Position numbers and translations under genes: made by a program. A stretch of DNA of 61,486 nt, counting the filler, from Choristocarpus tenellus KU-1152 (Eukaryota > Protista > Phaeophyceae), in the NCBI GenBank assembly GCA_964200185.2. It is 10 parts of 10 records of this genome, joined end to end, with 100 filler letters (N's around TTAATTAATTAA, not from the genome) between each part and the next. Parts side by side here need not be neighbours in the genome. Positions count along the whole stretch, not along the records: positions 9,486 to 18,098 come from CAXNAD020004528.1; positions 18,199 to 21,009 come from CAXNAD020024546.1; positions 21,110 to 36,509 come from CAXNAD020001004.1; 7 more parts are not named here. The stretch is one strand, 5' to 3'. Below the pieces are notes generated by a model. The model saw nothing but the letters and a program-made list of their open reading frames with translations. It searched no databases and was not told the origin of the DNA. Numbering within the stretch: the stretch's first letter is position 1; each line of letters opens with the position of its first letter. Below, piece after piece: positions 11,761 through 23,573 of this stretch.

Positions 11761-14700
11761 ATGCGCTATGGTTATGCTATGATTACCTTGACGGCATTGG
11801 CCGCTGCAAATTGCTCATGGTGCTCCTCTGGTGCATTCATAGTACCGAATAGCGGAAGGTTGGGTGAGCTCTCTAGGCGTCAACGACTTCGGTGGCCAGG
11901 TATTCAGCAATAGATGTCAAGGTTGAAGCTTCTATTGGGTATCCTGGAATTATTGTTGCCCAAATTCCTCTAGTATATAGACCTGGGCAGGGCTCTTGAT
12001 GTTCCGCGTGTTTCAGGGTTGATTCTTTCTATTATAACACGTGCTTGCATTAGCAATTATCTTGATGTCAGGTCAAGCCGACATGTCAGCAAATATGTAC
12101 AGTCTCTATGATGTATTTGTTGAAAGGCACACTTGCGTTATGTAGGAAGCTCTTATTCCACTAGAGTCTGTCATCGCGGGTTCCAACCGAACCACGCATT
12201 CTCTCCAGCTTGGGCCAGCTTCCTTCTATGTATCGGGGTCTTATTCCGTGCTTTGGTATGCGTACCAAAACTCATGTCAGGGCAAGTACCCTATCTCAAC
12301 GCGTGCCATACGTTTTTCTCGCACTGCCCTTTATTTTTTGCCTGTATGGATTTGCTTACACCCTCACAAACTCTTCCGCCTCCGCCGGAACTGTGGTGTG
12401 TTTGTTTCCTAGGGGTTCGGATGGTGATGCAGGACGGAGTGACAGGTTCTGGCACAGGGGGTTTCCCATCACTCCCCGAAGAATATCCACCGAAGCGCAA
12501 GAAAGACTACACTCTGGAGGAAGGGCAGGTATGTGCAAGGGTTTATTTTAAAAGTCTCCGGTGGTGGAGGGGCTGTTAAAGTGCCACTTCTCCTCGCCTC
12601 GAGTATTCGCTTGTTGATGTGGGTTAGAATGCCGTGTAGTGACTTCAGTCCAGCACTCTGACGCAAAAGTATATTCCGCATCTTTTCCACTCCACTGAGC
12701 TTTCTTTCAACCATTTTTGAGGAAGGCACAAACCCTACAACTCCTAACATGACTGGGTATGATATTTTTGTACTACTGAATCTGTACCCCTCTCCCCACA
12801 CAACCCTGACGTGCTTGTTTAAAAGTATCACACTTCTGCTTCCCCACCTCCTCATTGTTTCTTAGCTAGAGAGTGCTACTTTGCTGTCCTCACTGCTTCG
12901 ACCATTTCTTAGATGAAAAAACCCTGTAGTCAACACATGTTGGTGATAATATTCAACAAGCATAAAACAGTGTTTAACTGAGTGAAACCATCTATGAAGG
13001 AGATCATTTGGCGATTTGTTACCTTGTGCCATGTCCCCTACATCCATGCCTGAAATGAAGTCAAACCCCATGGGAGTTGGGGCTGTAAAAGAAAACTTGC
13101 TGTGAAGGTGTTTTAGCCAGAAGTGCCCGCCTCTCGAAACACATACACAAGACAAGGTAGTCGGACAGACCCTTCAACCTCAAATGCTTTGCCCTCTTTA
13201 GATGGCATCACTCACTATGACAAATGAAACACTATTGATAGAGTATGTCACACTAATCCTTGTAAGGCTGAGCGGAGTCTGTAAGTGCCTGGTTGCCTAC
13301 AGTTGATTCTATCAACCCTTTCACTTGGGGTGCCCTGCCCCACAAAGAGTGCACACGTGTGCTGGCTGCGCGCTCCTCCGCTTGTTCACCTCGTTTTTTT
13401 CTGTCAACTATATCCATCCCGATGTCTGCAAAATATTTGGTTTGAAGGCATCTACATTTTTTTGAGTGTATAGTATTGTCAGTTTACACACCTCAAAACA
13501 GAACGTTGTTTTGATCTCCCTGATTCTGTGGTTTTTTTATTTGTCGTTCATTTTCACCTCTTTTTTTTTCTACATGTATTTTTACATTCAAACAATACAT
13601 ACAGGTATGTCAGTTGGTTAAGAAGTGATTAAGGTTCATTTTTGTGTTCTCTAACAGCACCCCCTCCCCCCCCAACACGTACTTACTTGCTGTGCATCTT
13701 GGAAGGTGGCGGTTAGGTTTATCAATTCTAGTGGAGGAAAGGATGTGGTTGTTCCTGCTGAGATTGGAGAGAATGTTGTTGCGGTGAGCACCCCAGTTGT
13801 TTTTTATTGTTACTGTTGTATTTCTGTTTGTCATTAGGTCAATACTCATGAGAACTTGCCCTTTTTCCCGTATGTAGCATAGGAATTGTGTGAGTGTTAA
13901 CATAGGGGTGGATGGGGAGTGAGTGCAGCAGCATGGTTTGACTTTGTGTTTACATTAGGCAACTCGGAAAGGAGTGCTGTAGTAGCCTTTCAACTTTTTG
14001 AAGAACACAATGGGATTAGGGCCACCATTTTTTGAGGACAGTCTTTGGAAGGGTTGCCTGCCTGGAGGATGTTGTAACCCAAAGTATCTGGTGGGGGGGG
14101 TCTACATCAGAGTGTCCATTTGAATCAAAACCAGGAAAAGTGCACTTTCATTATCCAACCAACGTATGTAACCAAATTACCCAAGAATCGAGACATAATT
14201 AAATTGGCCCCAAATGGACAGTCGCCGACATCCCCCCCCCCCCCCCCCCCCCCCCCAGATACTTTGACCCTTTTTGGGAAGAACAAGTCCTTGCCATGAC
14301 TACTACTCTGTTCTTGTTATTTGTATGTTGCATCTTTTGTGTCCAGCAAAATTGATCAACTAATGGTTGGTGGCGCCCTGACCCTGAATGACTTTGTACT
14401 CACCTGTGTGGGCAATTAGAAAAGTGCTCACCATAGTGTGTTTTGGGTTGATGCATTTTTCAGGCATTGGGCAGTTAGGGATGAGATCCTTGCCGATTGT
14501 TCTCACTACTATAATTGCATTTTGCAGGTAGTTTGAATGAGTGGCCTGCTGCACTGTTCACTGAGTGAGAAAAATTCCTCCGTCACCTGTATATGATGTT
14601 TAAGAAAATTAAGTTTTTTTCCCTGTCCAGCAACTGAGCTCTCTACTACTACTCCTTCAAGGTCATGCCTTCCACTGAGCGGGTTAGGAATTGATGCATG

Positions 14701-16614
14701 TTTGTAAGGGTTACGTTGCTGGTACTTGGCTCTGAATAGGTGTCTTTCAGAGGTTGAGGTATATGTGGAGGGAGTTGGATGGACAGCACCAGCAGTTGGG
14801 TGGTATGGGGTAGGTGAAAAGATGGGTGATAATAAAGTGAACTGTGTGTGGGAAACCAGTGTTCAAAATTATCTGATTTATTGCATCCCATCTTGTCTTT
14901 TTACTGACACTTTTGTTAGAAGGTACACTATTTGATTGCCACCTAAACTTGTGAGCCTCACGTTTGATTTTTTTTTGTACTCCAGAGGTCAAGTGTACTC
15001 TTACGGTTTTATTCCTTTGGGAAGGCGGTTTCTATTTTTTCGTATGTTCAAAAAATACTGGGAACCAAAAAAAGAAGAGACTTAAAAGTTTGAATGTTAC
15101 TTTAACAGGACCCCAGGAAAATATACATACATATATATATATTGTTTCTTGTTGTCAAAACAACAAATACAGTTGAAAAGGAAAGTGCCTGTTTTGTGTT
15201 TTTTTGTGATCAGGTAGCCAAGAGGGGGGGTGTAAAGATTGCCACAGCATGCAGCTCTGGCCTTTGTGGGACATGCACTACTGACATTGAGGACCGCGCT
15301 GGAACGAGCTACCGCCCAGGATTCAACTTGATCCGGGCTTGTGTCACCAAGGCAAGAGTTTTGTGCAGGATTTTTTTATGTGAGGTATTTGTAAAATGAG
15401 GAGAGGGTATTGAAGAGCGTGGGGAGAAGAGAATGGGTAGTTGTTGACCCCTGTGGTCATGCATTGGCTCTGTTTTGTTCTTGCCTCTGAAGTATATTTC
15501 CTGCCCAATTGTGCATACTGTGTAATGGTAACAGTCCTGCCTTCTGTATCCATTTAGGTGAAACAAGTATGTGGCTCTGTGAGTATTTATGTTGCCAAGG
15601 AGTGGGAGCTTACCTGATGCTGTTGTGTTTTTTATTGTATTGGTCTTGCTGTTCCTTTTCGCTTGCATTATGGCCCTTGTTCTGTTGACGGTGATTTATT
15701 TATTTTTTTGGGGGGGGGGTAAGCCAGGTGTTCCTTGTGCCAGATGCAGAGGAGATGGTTTTGGACGTCTACCGAAACAAGTCTGAGAAAGGAAAGCTCA
15801 ATCGGAAGTTAGGTATGAGCTGACGGTGCCTCAGTTATTGCCTCTTGCTTTGCCCTCTGTGGAATGAGAAGTTTGCATTGTGTTACGTTGCATGGGCGGG
15901 AGCAGTGATGGGGTATTGAACTAGATGGCTTTTGTTTTTTGTTGTGTTGAAGTGCTTTGATGTGTGCCATGTCTAGGTTTATGTACAGAAACTTGGAGGG
16001 AGTATCAACCGTGCATGATGTGTTCTTAACTATACGTGTGACGGCAGGTTGAAATGTTGTCCTGCAGCTATCTGTGCTGGGAAAATATTTTGATAGTATA
16101 GGTGGATGTAGACAAGTGTGGACACAACAAGGACATGCTTGGAGTTTTGGTTCGTGAATCTCTGCTTGCTGTTTGTGTGACTGTGGTACTAACAGCAAAT
16201 ATACTATTCCTTTCTGCCTCTCAATTTTGACTGTAGTTTAGAATACTAAGAGTGATACCCTATTGCGATTTTTGTAGTGGTGTAGATTGACGAGTTGTGG
16301 CATAGATATTGAAAGTACAATTTGAAGGTGTACCTTCAACGTTCACTGTGAATTGCACTTGTGATGGTGGATGAGTGAACTTTCTGTATGTGATTTTTTG
16401 ATATCTGACACCGTCTACAACGCTTTTTTTTTTTACTCTTTGCTTTCTGCTGTCTTTTTGTCTGGTACTGGCTGCATGCATCGCGCCATGCCTTTAAAAA
16501 TCTCTTGAAATGTGATCAGCTGGCATCACTGAGGATGTTGGAGATAACATTGTTGCCTCCACCCTTCCTGAGGCTATGAAGCGCTTTGGGGAAGGCTGGG
16601 AAGATGGATTTACA
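11761..16614 (+). CDS. Plastid-targeted 2Fe-2S ferredoxin-like protein, 3' end not resolved; exons about 11761-11863, (12165-12255 optional), 12413-12528, 13706-13783, 15214-15351, 15728-15812, 16520-16614
   Basis: Signal peptide then SGA|FIVP (ASAFAP-like); VAVRFIN..., GVKIATACSSGLCGTC (Cx4Cx2C) and IRAC (fourth Cys); then VFLVPDAEEMVLDVYR and MKRFGEGWEDGF. Confidence 0.8.
14076..14270 (+). mobile_element. MITE family B, full copy in a ferredoxin-gene intron
   Basis: TIR CCAAAGTATCTGG...CCAGATACTTTGACCC; flanks TTGT/TTTT. Confidence 0.85.
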
Positions 16615-16679
16615 GTGAGTGTATCTGTGTTTTTTTGTTGAAGGATGAGTGTTGCAAAGGTGTTTAGGGGAGAGGAGAC

Positions 16680-16940
16680 AAGCCAAAGTATCTTAGAGGG
16701 TAGAGCCACATCCGTTTGGGAGCTAGAATCCAATGTTGTGATTTTGATGTAATTTTGACTATCGTGTTTGTTAGGAAGTGTCAACATCCATGTTGCGGAC
16801 ACACCTTTTCATGACGTATACATTTTACCTACTCCGAAACGTTTTGGAGTAGAAAAATATCATAAAAAAAACTTGTGGGAAGTCAAACCCCAAATGGACA
16901 AACAGGGCAAAACTCATACCCTCTTAAGATACTTTCACTC
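16680..16940 (+). mobile_element. MITE family A (~260 bp)
   Basis: TIR AGCCAAAGTATCTTAGAGGGTA...TACCCTCTTAAGATACTTTCACTC; flanks AGAC/AGGC. Confidence 0.9.
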
Positions 16941-18028
16941 AGGCATAAAATAATTCAGGCAGGCAGGGTAGGGTTGGCATGGGGTTAGAAGTATGCAAGT
17001 TACTGTGTCAAAAATGTAAGTGTTGTGAATTAATTGGAATACAACCAAAATACTGAACTAAAAGGTTTAGGTTTTCCAGTTTTAAAAATATTCAACACAG
17101 TCCAAGGAGGTCACACAACAACCACCCTTTTGACTGGTACAAAGCAAGAAATCAATGAATGAGCAATAGTTCATCTCAAATAAGTTATTGCAGGAGAACA
17201 CACCTCCAAGGGGGCTTCATTCAACACAACGGTTTTACTTTCCTTGTGTGTTCAACAGTTATATGAGATAAATAAATATTGTAGCTAATTTAGTTGTAAT
17301 GTAGATTGTTTCGGTTCAAAACAAAACGGAATATATATTTTTTCCTTTATAGTATCATCTCGAGTGGCAAAGGTGATGCAAACATAGGGGGGTTAAGGCA
17401 AACACTTTCTATTGGCTCCGTGCACGATGACATCATACCAACTTTCTACTTTTTTCTCTTCAAAAAAATTTAAGTTGAAATACCATTCCTCAAACTGCTG
17501 AGTTTGTGGCTCTGCTGACCAGCTCCCCCATCCCTCCCCTCCATCTCGTTTTGTCTCTCAAGACCAATCCATTAATGCATTAATGAATGACGCCTGAACA
17601 GTGGTGTCCCTATGAAACACTTTCACTTATTGCCAGCATCCGTCCAGTGCTCGTTCTAATATAGGAAAAAGGGGTTATTTTTTCAAAACCCTTTTGGTGT
17701 GAATAGAGTGCAGTTGCCAAGGCAAGTGAGAACATTATGACCTTTTGGAAAGTTTGGTGGAACAGCTTCCCCAGCTGTTGCTGCAGATAACAATCATTAT
17801 GGTGTGACCTCTACCTTTAAGGATCCCTCTCACCCCATCCATATGCCTTTCCCCCCTAAACACACCATGTTCTACATTTGGCACAGCGTGTTTTTTTTTG
17901 TGTGTAAATGTGTTCTGCCTGCCTTAATCTTTGTACCCCTGTGTTGCACACTTCTTTGTTTTTGTGCTGTGGGCAACTCTGAGGTTTTGCAGATGTACTC
18001 TATTATATTCTCAAGAAAAAAATTATTT

Positions 18029-18063
<35 letters not shown>

Positions 18064-18198
18064 TATTTCTTCTTTTTTCCAGTGCCGACTCCCACCCCNN
18101 NNNNNNNNNNNNNNNNNNNNNNNNNNNNNNNNNNNNNNNNNNTTAATTAATTAANNNNNNNNNNNNNNNNNNNNNNNNNNNNNNNNNNNNNNNNNNNN

Positions 18199-18250
18199 CA
18201 AATGGACACCCTGGTGTAGACTCCCCCCCCCCTCCCAGATACTTTGGGTC
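18199..18250 (-). mobile_element. MITE family B end fragment at contig edge
   Basis: CAAATGGACACCCTGGTGTAGA-C run-AGATACTTTGGGTC. Confidence 0.8.
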
Positions 18251-19890
18251 AGCTTCAGTTCTGTTGCTCGGCCCTGCAACCTGCAACAACTGAAGAATTG
18301 AAATATGCAGTACTGCCATCCTGATTGTCTGGTCAATAATAGTGTGTAGCCAGGTAAGAGCTACAGATGCGTCACACGTACACAAGTACTTGGAACTATA
18401 CTAATACCGATAGAAGTCTATGTTGTGTATGAATGTGCAGTTACTCAATATCATGCAGGTCTACAAGACCTAGGCCATTACCGTTTCTCTTTTGAAATGG
18501 ATACGTACTCTTCAAAAGCCCACCAGAAGTTTCAGTAAGATGAGGAAGAGAATGTAGCCAATTTGTAGGTAGATTCTCTACTGTGAACACAAACCAGAGA
18601 CTGCCGTCAAACAAAGATCGGTGTTTTTGATGGCATTGCAACCAACAGAAAACTTCTTGCCGCCACTGGATATGTTCTCTTCTTCATCTCCCATTAGAAT
18701 GTAGCGCCCAGGTCCCAAGTCCAAGGCGACCCATCTTTTCAGGATGATCATTGATGATGAAGAGACGGACGTTGCCCACATTAGCTCGAAATTGTGCTTT
18801 AGAGTGCTACAAGTATATGAACAATGAGGTCCACACCCTCAATGAAACCCTCCTCTAAGGTAGGATGGCTATGATATTGTCGTGCCCTTCAAGAAGCACA
18901 ACATACAAGTTGGATATTCCAATGTTTAGAAGTTGAGTGAACTCCCCCAATATGCTGCTCTTCCAGCAGGAGATGGAAAGCTAAAGATTATCACATCATG
19001 GCCTCAAATATTTTGACATCTGAGAAATCATATTGTTCACATAGGACAGCTTAACCTTTGCAGTTACAATGTTCATGTAGGATGTCAATGTCGTGAGATC
19101 AATTCTATGATACTGCAAATTATATATTCGTATTCATTGAGGTTCCCTCTTACCACGTATTGGGTTTTGTTCTAAATATCGCGATTTGTTTTTGTCCAGA
19201 CTTGCGAGGAGAAGGCGTTTTCCGCACGGACACCTTAATCGCAATAGCTTGCCAACTATAGACCAGAAAAGAACCAAAACACGGGGGGTCTACATACCTT
19301 GGGCGCGTTTATACATATGTTTAGTTAATATTCTTGCCTTTCTCTGGCTTCCTAGCCTCTTGCTTATATTGGTATATCATTAACATATTAGCCAATCTCC
19401 AGATATCAGAGTCAAAGTATCTTAGAGGGATGTTGCATTTTTTCATTCTTTTCTTGCTACCAATTTCCTTCCATTTCCCACTCTCTCTGAATCAACAGAC
19501 TGATGAATTAGAGTGCGAAAGAATTACAAGGTGGAATCTTCTGATGCCAAACCAGTATTACAGTGTGCAATGATAGTATTGTTATTACTACGTAACAAAA
19601 TATTGTCACAGAGCAACAACGGGTTACATCTATACTGGACAAGGACATTATAGAGGAAAGGTCACCAAACATCAGCCTGTCAACGGAGGTTATTTGAAAG
19701 CGGTGTGATAGACAATCGGCCTTACACAGCAAATGAACTTCAATGAATGATAGTGGTATGGGCGTGATAGAATCATTGACATTATGTCAATAGAACAAGA
19801 CGGCACTAGCATTGTTACCGATAGCATCTGTTGTAGGTGGTATTTGATTCAATATTCTAGGTCAGAACCTGGTGTTAAGTGCTAGGTTGT

Positions 19891-20148
19891 GAGTCAAAGT
19901 ATCTTAGAGGGTAGAGCTGCGTCCATTTGGGGGGCCAAAAGTCAATGTTACTATTTTGATGTTATTTTGCCTATCGTGTTGGTTAGGAAGTGTCAATATC
20001 CTTACTCTGGACAAACGTTTCATAACGTATACATTTTAACTACTCCTAAACGTTTGAAGTGGAAAGATGTCATAAAATAACCCATGGGAAGCCAAGCCCC
20101 AAATGGACAAACAGGGCAAAACTCGTACCCTCTAAGATACTTTCACTC
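19891..20148 (+). mobile_element. MITE family A, full copy with 4-bp TSD TTGT
   Basis: GAGTCAAAGTATCTTAGAGGGTA...TACCCTCTAAGATACTTTCACTC flanked by TTGT on both sides. Confidence 0.93.
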
Positions 20149-20817
20149 TTGTCCAAGGTGTGGGTGTTGTGAGTCCCTTTGATTTGATAATATCGCGATT
20201 AAAAGAGACTGAAAATCAAGGTCTAAAGTATTAGATTTTCTTCAGATATTTTCTAGAGTGTGTTTGCACTACACGCTCAACTCAAGAAGCCCTAAGGGAT
20301 TCCGGTATTTCATGCACCTTGATTTGTGTACTCCTTGATATTTCCATTTCATTTGAGCACAAGATCTGTTCTTTTGACCATATTCAAGTTGGTATATATG
20401 TTGATATGTGTATAAAAGTGCTTTGGGTTTACAATAGTAGAATCTATACTCACCACTAAGGTGTGAACATTTGACACACTGGCAAATCCCCACAACACCT
20501 TGCCGGGTAGATCTACCTGCTCCAGACTCACAGAGTACAATGTGGCACGGACCATTGATTGATGGGATTGATAGTAGAGCTACCAACTCCACAAGCAGGT
20601 ACTTCTGCACCTCAGACTACAGGTTGGATCATAGCAAACCAAAATGGTACACTTTCCAATTCATTGAGAAAGATACAATACCATTCTCCATGGTGTATTA
20701 TGTGATTGTATCCAAGTTGAGAATAGAATACATACACTATATTTCCTTGACCATACCTAGCCCCAAACTGGTCCGAGGTGCTAGTCTAACTCATTGCACT
20801 CAAGGTTCCTCACAAAG

Positions 20818-20997
20818 GACCCAACGTATCTGGGGGTGGGGGGGGGTTACATCAGGGTGTCCATTCGGTCCATAACCAGGAAAAGTACACTTACATTTTC
20901 CATCCAACGTATGCAACCAAATCACCCAATAATCACGACACGAACAAATTGACCCCAAATGGACAGCCGCCACCCCCCCCCCCAGATACTTTGAGCC
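20818..20997 (+). mobile_element. MITE family B, full copy with 4-bp TSD AAAG
   Basis: GACCCAACGTATCTGGGGG...CCCCCAGATACTTTGAGCC flanked by AAAG on both sides. Confidence 0.9.
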
Positions 20998-21109
20998 AAA
21001 GTACAACCANNNNNNNNNNNNNNNNNNNNNNNNNNNNNNNNNNNNNNNNNNNNTTAATTAATTAANNNNNNNNNNNNNNNNNNNNNNNNNNNNNNNNNNN
21101 NNNNNNNNN

Positions 21110-21167
21110 TTTCGCAAAAAAACCATCCTCATAGTCCCGCGCCTTCCTCAATTTTGAGATTCCCCTG
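21110..21167. repeat. Dispersed repeat end (family C); second copy at 52069-52134
   Basis: TTTCGCAAAA.AACCATCCTC.TAGTCCCGCGCC.TCCTCAATTTTGAG..TCCCCTGT starts two different contigs; the CAGGGG terminus on the minus strand suggests a TIR transposon end. Confidence 0.7.
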
Positions 21168-21374
21168 TTCTGTGCTGAACCTTGTTACATGGTGGGCATT
21201 GCACCTCGTAACCAATACCCTCCCCATAACTATTGGATACTGCTACCACGATCAGGGAGACTCGTGATGAGAAGAGAGATCAGTTGGAACTTTATATGGG
21301 ATAGTACCCTGCATGATGACACCCGACATTAATCTTCAGGGTTACAGCTGTGGAAGAGGGAAGAAATTTTACCA

Positions 21375-22989
21375 GTGACAAGTAGCGGAGAAATGACACG
21401 TGAGGATTCTAGTGATGAAGAACCTGGATTATTTTTGGAGGGTCAGATGGAAGGAATTCGTGAGGAGGAGGATTTGGGGTCGGGTACTGTGGAAGAAGTA
21501 CAATTCGGGTCTGAATCAAGGGGTTTAGAAATAATAGATGAGAATAGGTTCATGTCACCTCCACAGCAGGGGAGTGGGAGGCTTGGGCTGGGAATGGCAG
21601 CCACGAACCTCTAAAGCTGGGATGCTGTCTCGGCTTCACAAGTATAACGTGGGACCATCACTAACTCCTCGGGCACGGCAGAGGACAGCTAGTTGAATGG
21701 TCTACGCGGCAAGACACAAAGTGGGGGAAATGATTGGCGACGAATTGGGACTGGACAATCATGTTAGTGGTGCAGGCAGCAGCAGTGTTGAAGAGACTTC
21801 TGGTGCTATTCTCTTTGACAAAGACAAGTTGGCTATGCTTCGAGAGAGTAAGCAGTGTGAGTAGCTCGAGGCTATATATGCTGAGATGGATGGATTAATC
21901 GCTAATTGAGCATGGGTGCAGGTTCCTCGTCCAAATCAGGTTAATGTCCCAAAATTGAAATCAATTTTTTCGAGGAAGGTGAATTCAGTGGGATTGGTAG
22001 ACCGCTGGAAAGCAAGACTGGTGGTACAAGGGTTCCGACAACAGCCTGGTTTCAACTGGCATGAAAAGCTCGCACCAACAGCTCAAATGTCAAGCCTGCG
22101 TATGATCCTTGCACTGACTGCACGTTCGGGGTGGGACCTAAACATGGCAGACGCAGTGAGGGCGTTCATCAATGCCGACCTGCAAGAAGACCTTTCTGCA
22201 GAGCTACTAGAGGGGGTGGTGTCTGAATTCGATGAGGCGGTTGGGAAGCTACAAAAATCATTTTAAGGGATAGTCCAAGTATCACGTAATTGGAATGCCC
22301 TGGTTGTGGCATCATTACTTGAGCTGGGACTAGAACAAAGTGAGGCTGATCTTTGTTTGTTTAGGTGGGTGTTGGATGGAGAATTGGTACTAATCATGCT
22401 CATTCATGTCGATGATATGCTTATGGGCAGCAAGGGGTCTAAGTATACCATGGATGTAGCTCAGGGATTAAACAAGAAATTTCCTGTGGAGTACCTTAGG
22501 GAGAAGGGGACAGTTCATGGGATGTCGTATCGACAGGAGGTGGACATGGGACAGTTTCCATAGACCACCAGGTGTATGTTGAAAGCTTGGAAACCAATTG
22601 TGGGATAACGAGTGGCTGCGACCTTCCTGCTGCTGCTACTACTAAAGAGCCTGTTGAAGAGGGACCAATTGGAGATGGTTATCGTGCAATGGTCCAGAGT
22701 TTGATGTGGGTATCAATCATGACCAGGCCAGATGTAGCATCAGCTGTAAGCGAGGAGCCAAGCAATGAAGTTTGTGAATCCCACAGTTACGGATTGGAAA
22801 GGGACAGAAATATGATTGATTTTTTGTTGAGGACAAGTAGGAGGGGCTTGACCTTTGAAGATTTCAGTTCTTGTGGTGATGCACCTAGGGACCAACTCGT
22901 AGGCTATGCTGATGCAGACTACGCCAATGACGAGATTTCAAGATTTTCTGTGTCTGGTGGAGTGGTAATGTTTGGGGGAGAAAGTATGG
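21375..22989 (+). mobile_element. Decayed Ty1/copia pol remnant (linker, RVT_2 reverse transcriptase, start of RNase H) with stops and frameshifts
   Basis: WKARLVVQGFRQQPG, APTAQMSSLR, DAVRAFINADL, SEADLCLF, HVDDML, TRPDVASAV and LVGYADADYAND...SVSGGV are canonical copia motifs, spread over broken frames. Confidence 0.93.
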
Positions 22990-23247
22990 GAGCCAAAGTA
23001 TCTTAGAGGGTAGAGCCGCGTCCATTTGGGGGACGAGATCCAATGTTGCAATTTTGATGTAATTTTGCCTATCATGTTTGTTAGGAGATGTTAATATCCT
23101 TGTTCCGGACACACCTCTTCGTAATGAATACATTTTACCTACTCCAAAATATTTTCGAGAAGGTAAATTTCATTAAAAACCCGTGGGAAGCCAAGCCCCA
23201 AATGGACAAACAGGGAAAAACTTGTACCCTCTAAGATACTTTCACTC
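22990..23247 (+). mobile_element. MITE family A abutting the truncated copia RNase H
   Basis: Both TIRs intact; flanks ATGG/AGAG do not match. Confidence 0.9.
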
Positions 23248-23573
23248 AGAGTGTTCAGTTTTACCCTAAGAAGAGTGGATGCAGGCCCTATATAGGTAAT
23301 GCCTTCCAATTATCAATAGACTCAATTTTGACTGCTGACTCTGAAGCAACAGTGAGTCACTAGAATAATATGTAATGTCTTTAGAGCATAAAAACGCCGT
23401 CCAAATATATCGCAAGGTGCTTAGGATGAGGTCAACTCCATCAGCTAATTGGTACCTTGCATGCTGCAAGATGACTACACAGGGTAAGAACTGCTGTCTG
23501 CAACATGTTCCAGCAATCTTGGTGGTCAGTAGACCAGTGTAACTCTAACCCTAACCCTAAACACCCCCGAAAG

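Noticed and set aside
16494-16953. Recurrent short ORFs with similar peptides (also near 19889, 22885, 25957, 40140, 60779, 61073)
   Set aside because: Chance translations of MITE family A; frames and stops are not conserved between copies.
17393-17820. Kolobok-like element with TTAA TSD
   Set aside because: TTAA at both ends but no convincing TIR match and no second copy in the window.
18441-18860. Upstream CC2D2A exons or another gene
   Set aside because: Different contig, stops in the candidate frames, and no recognisable motifs.
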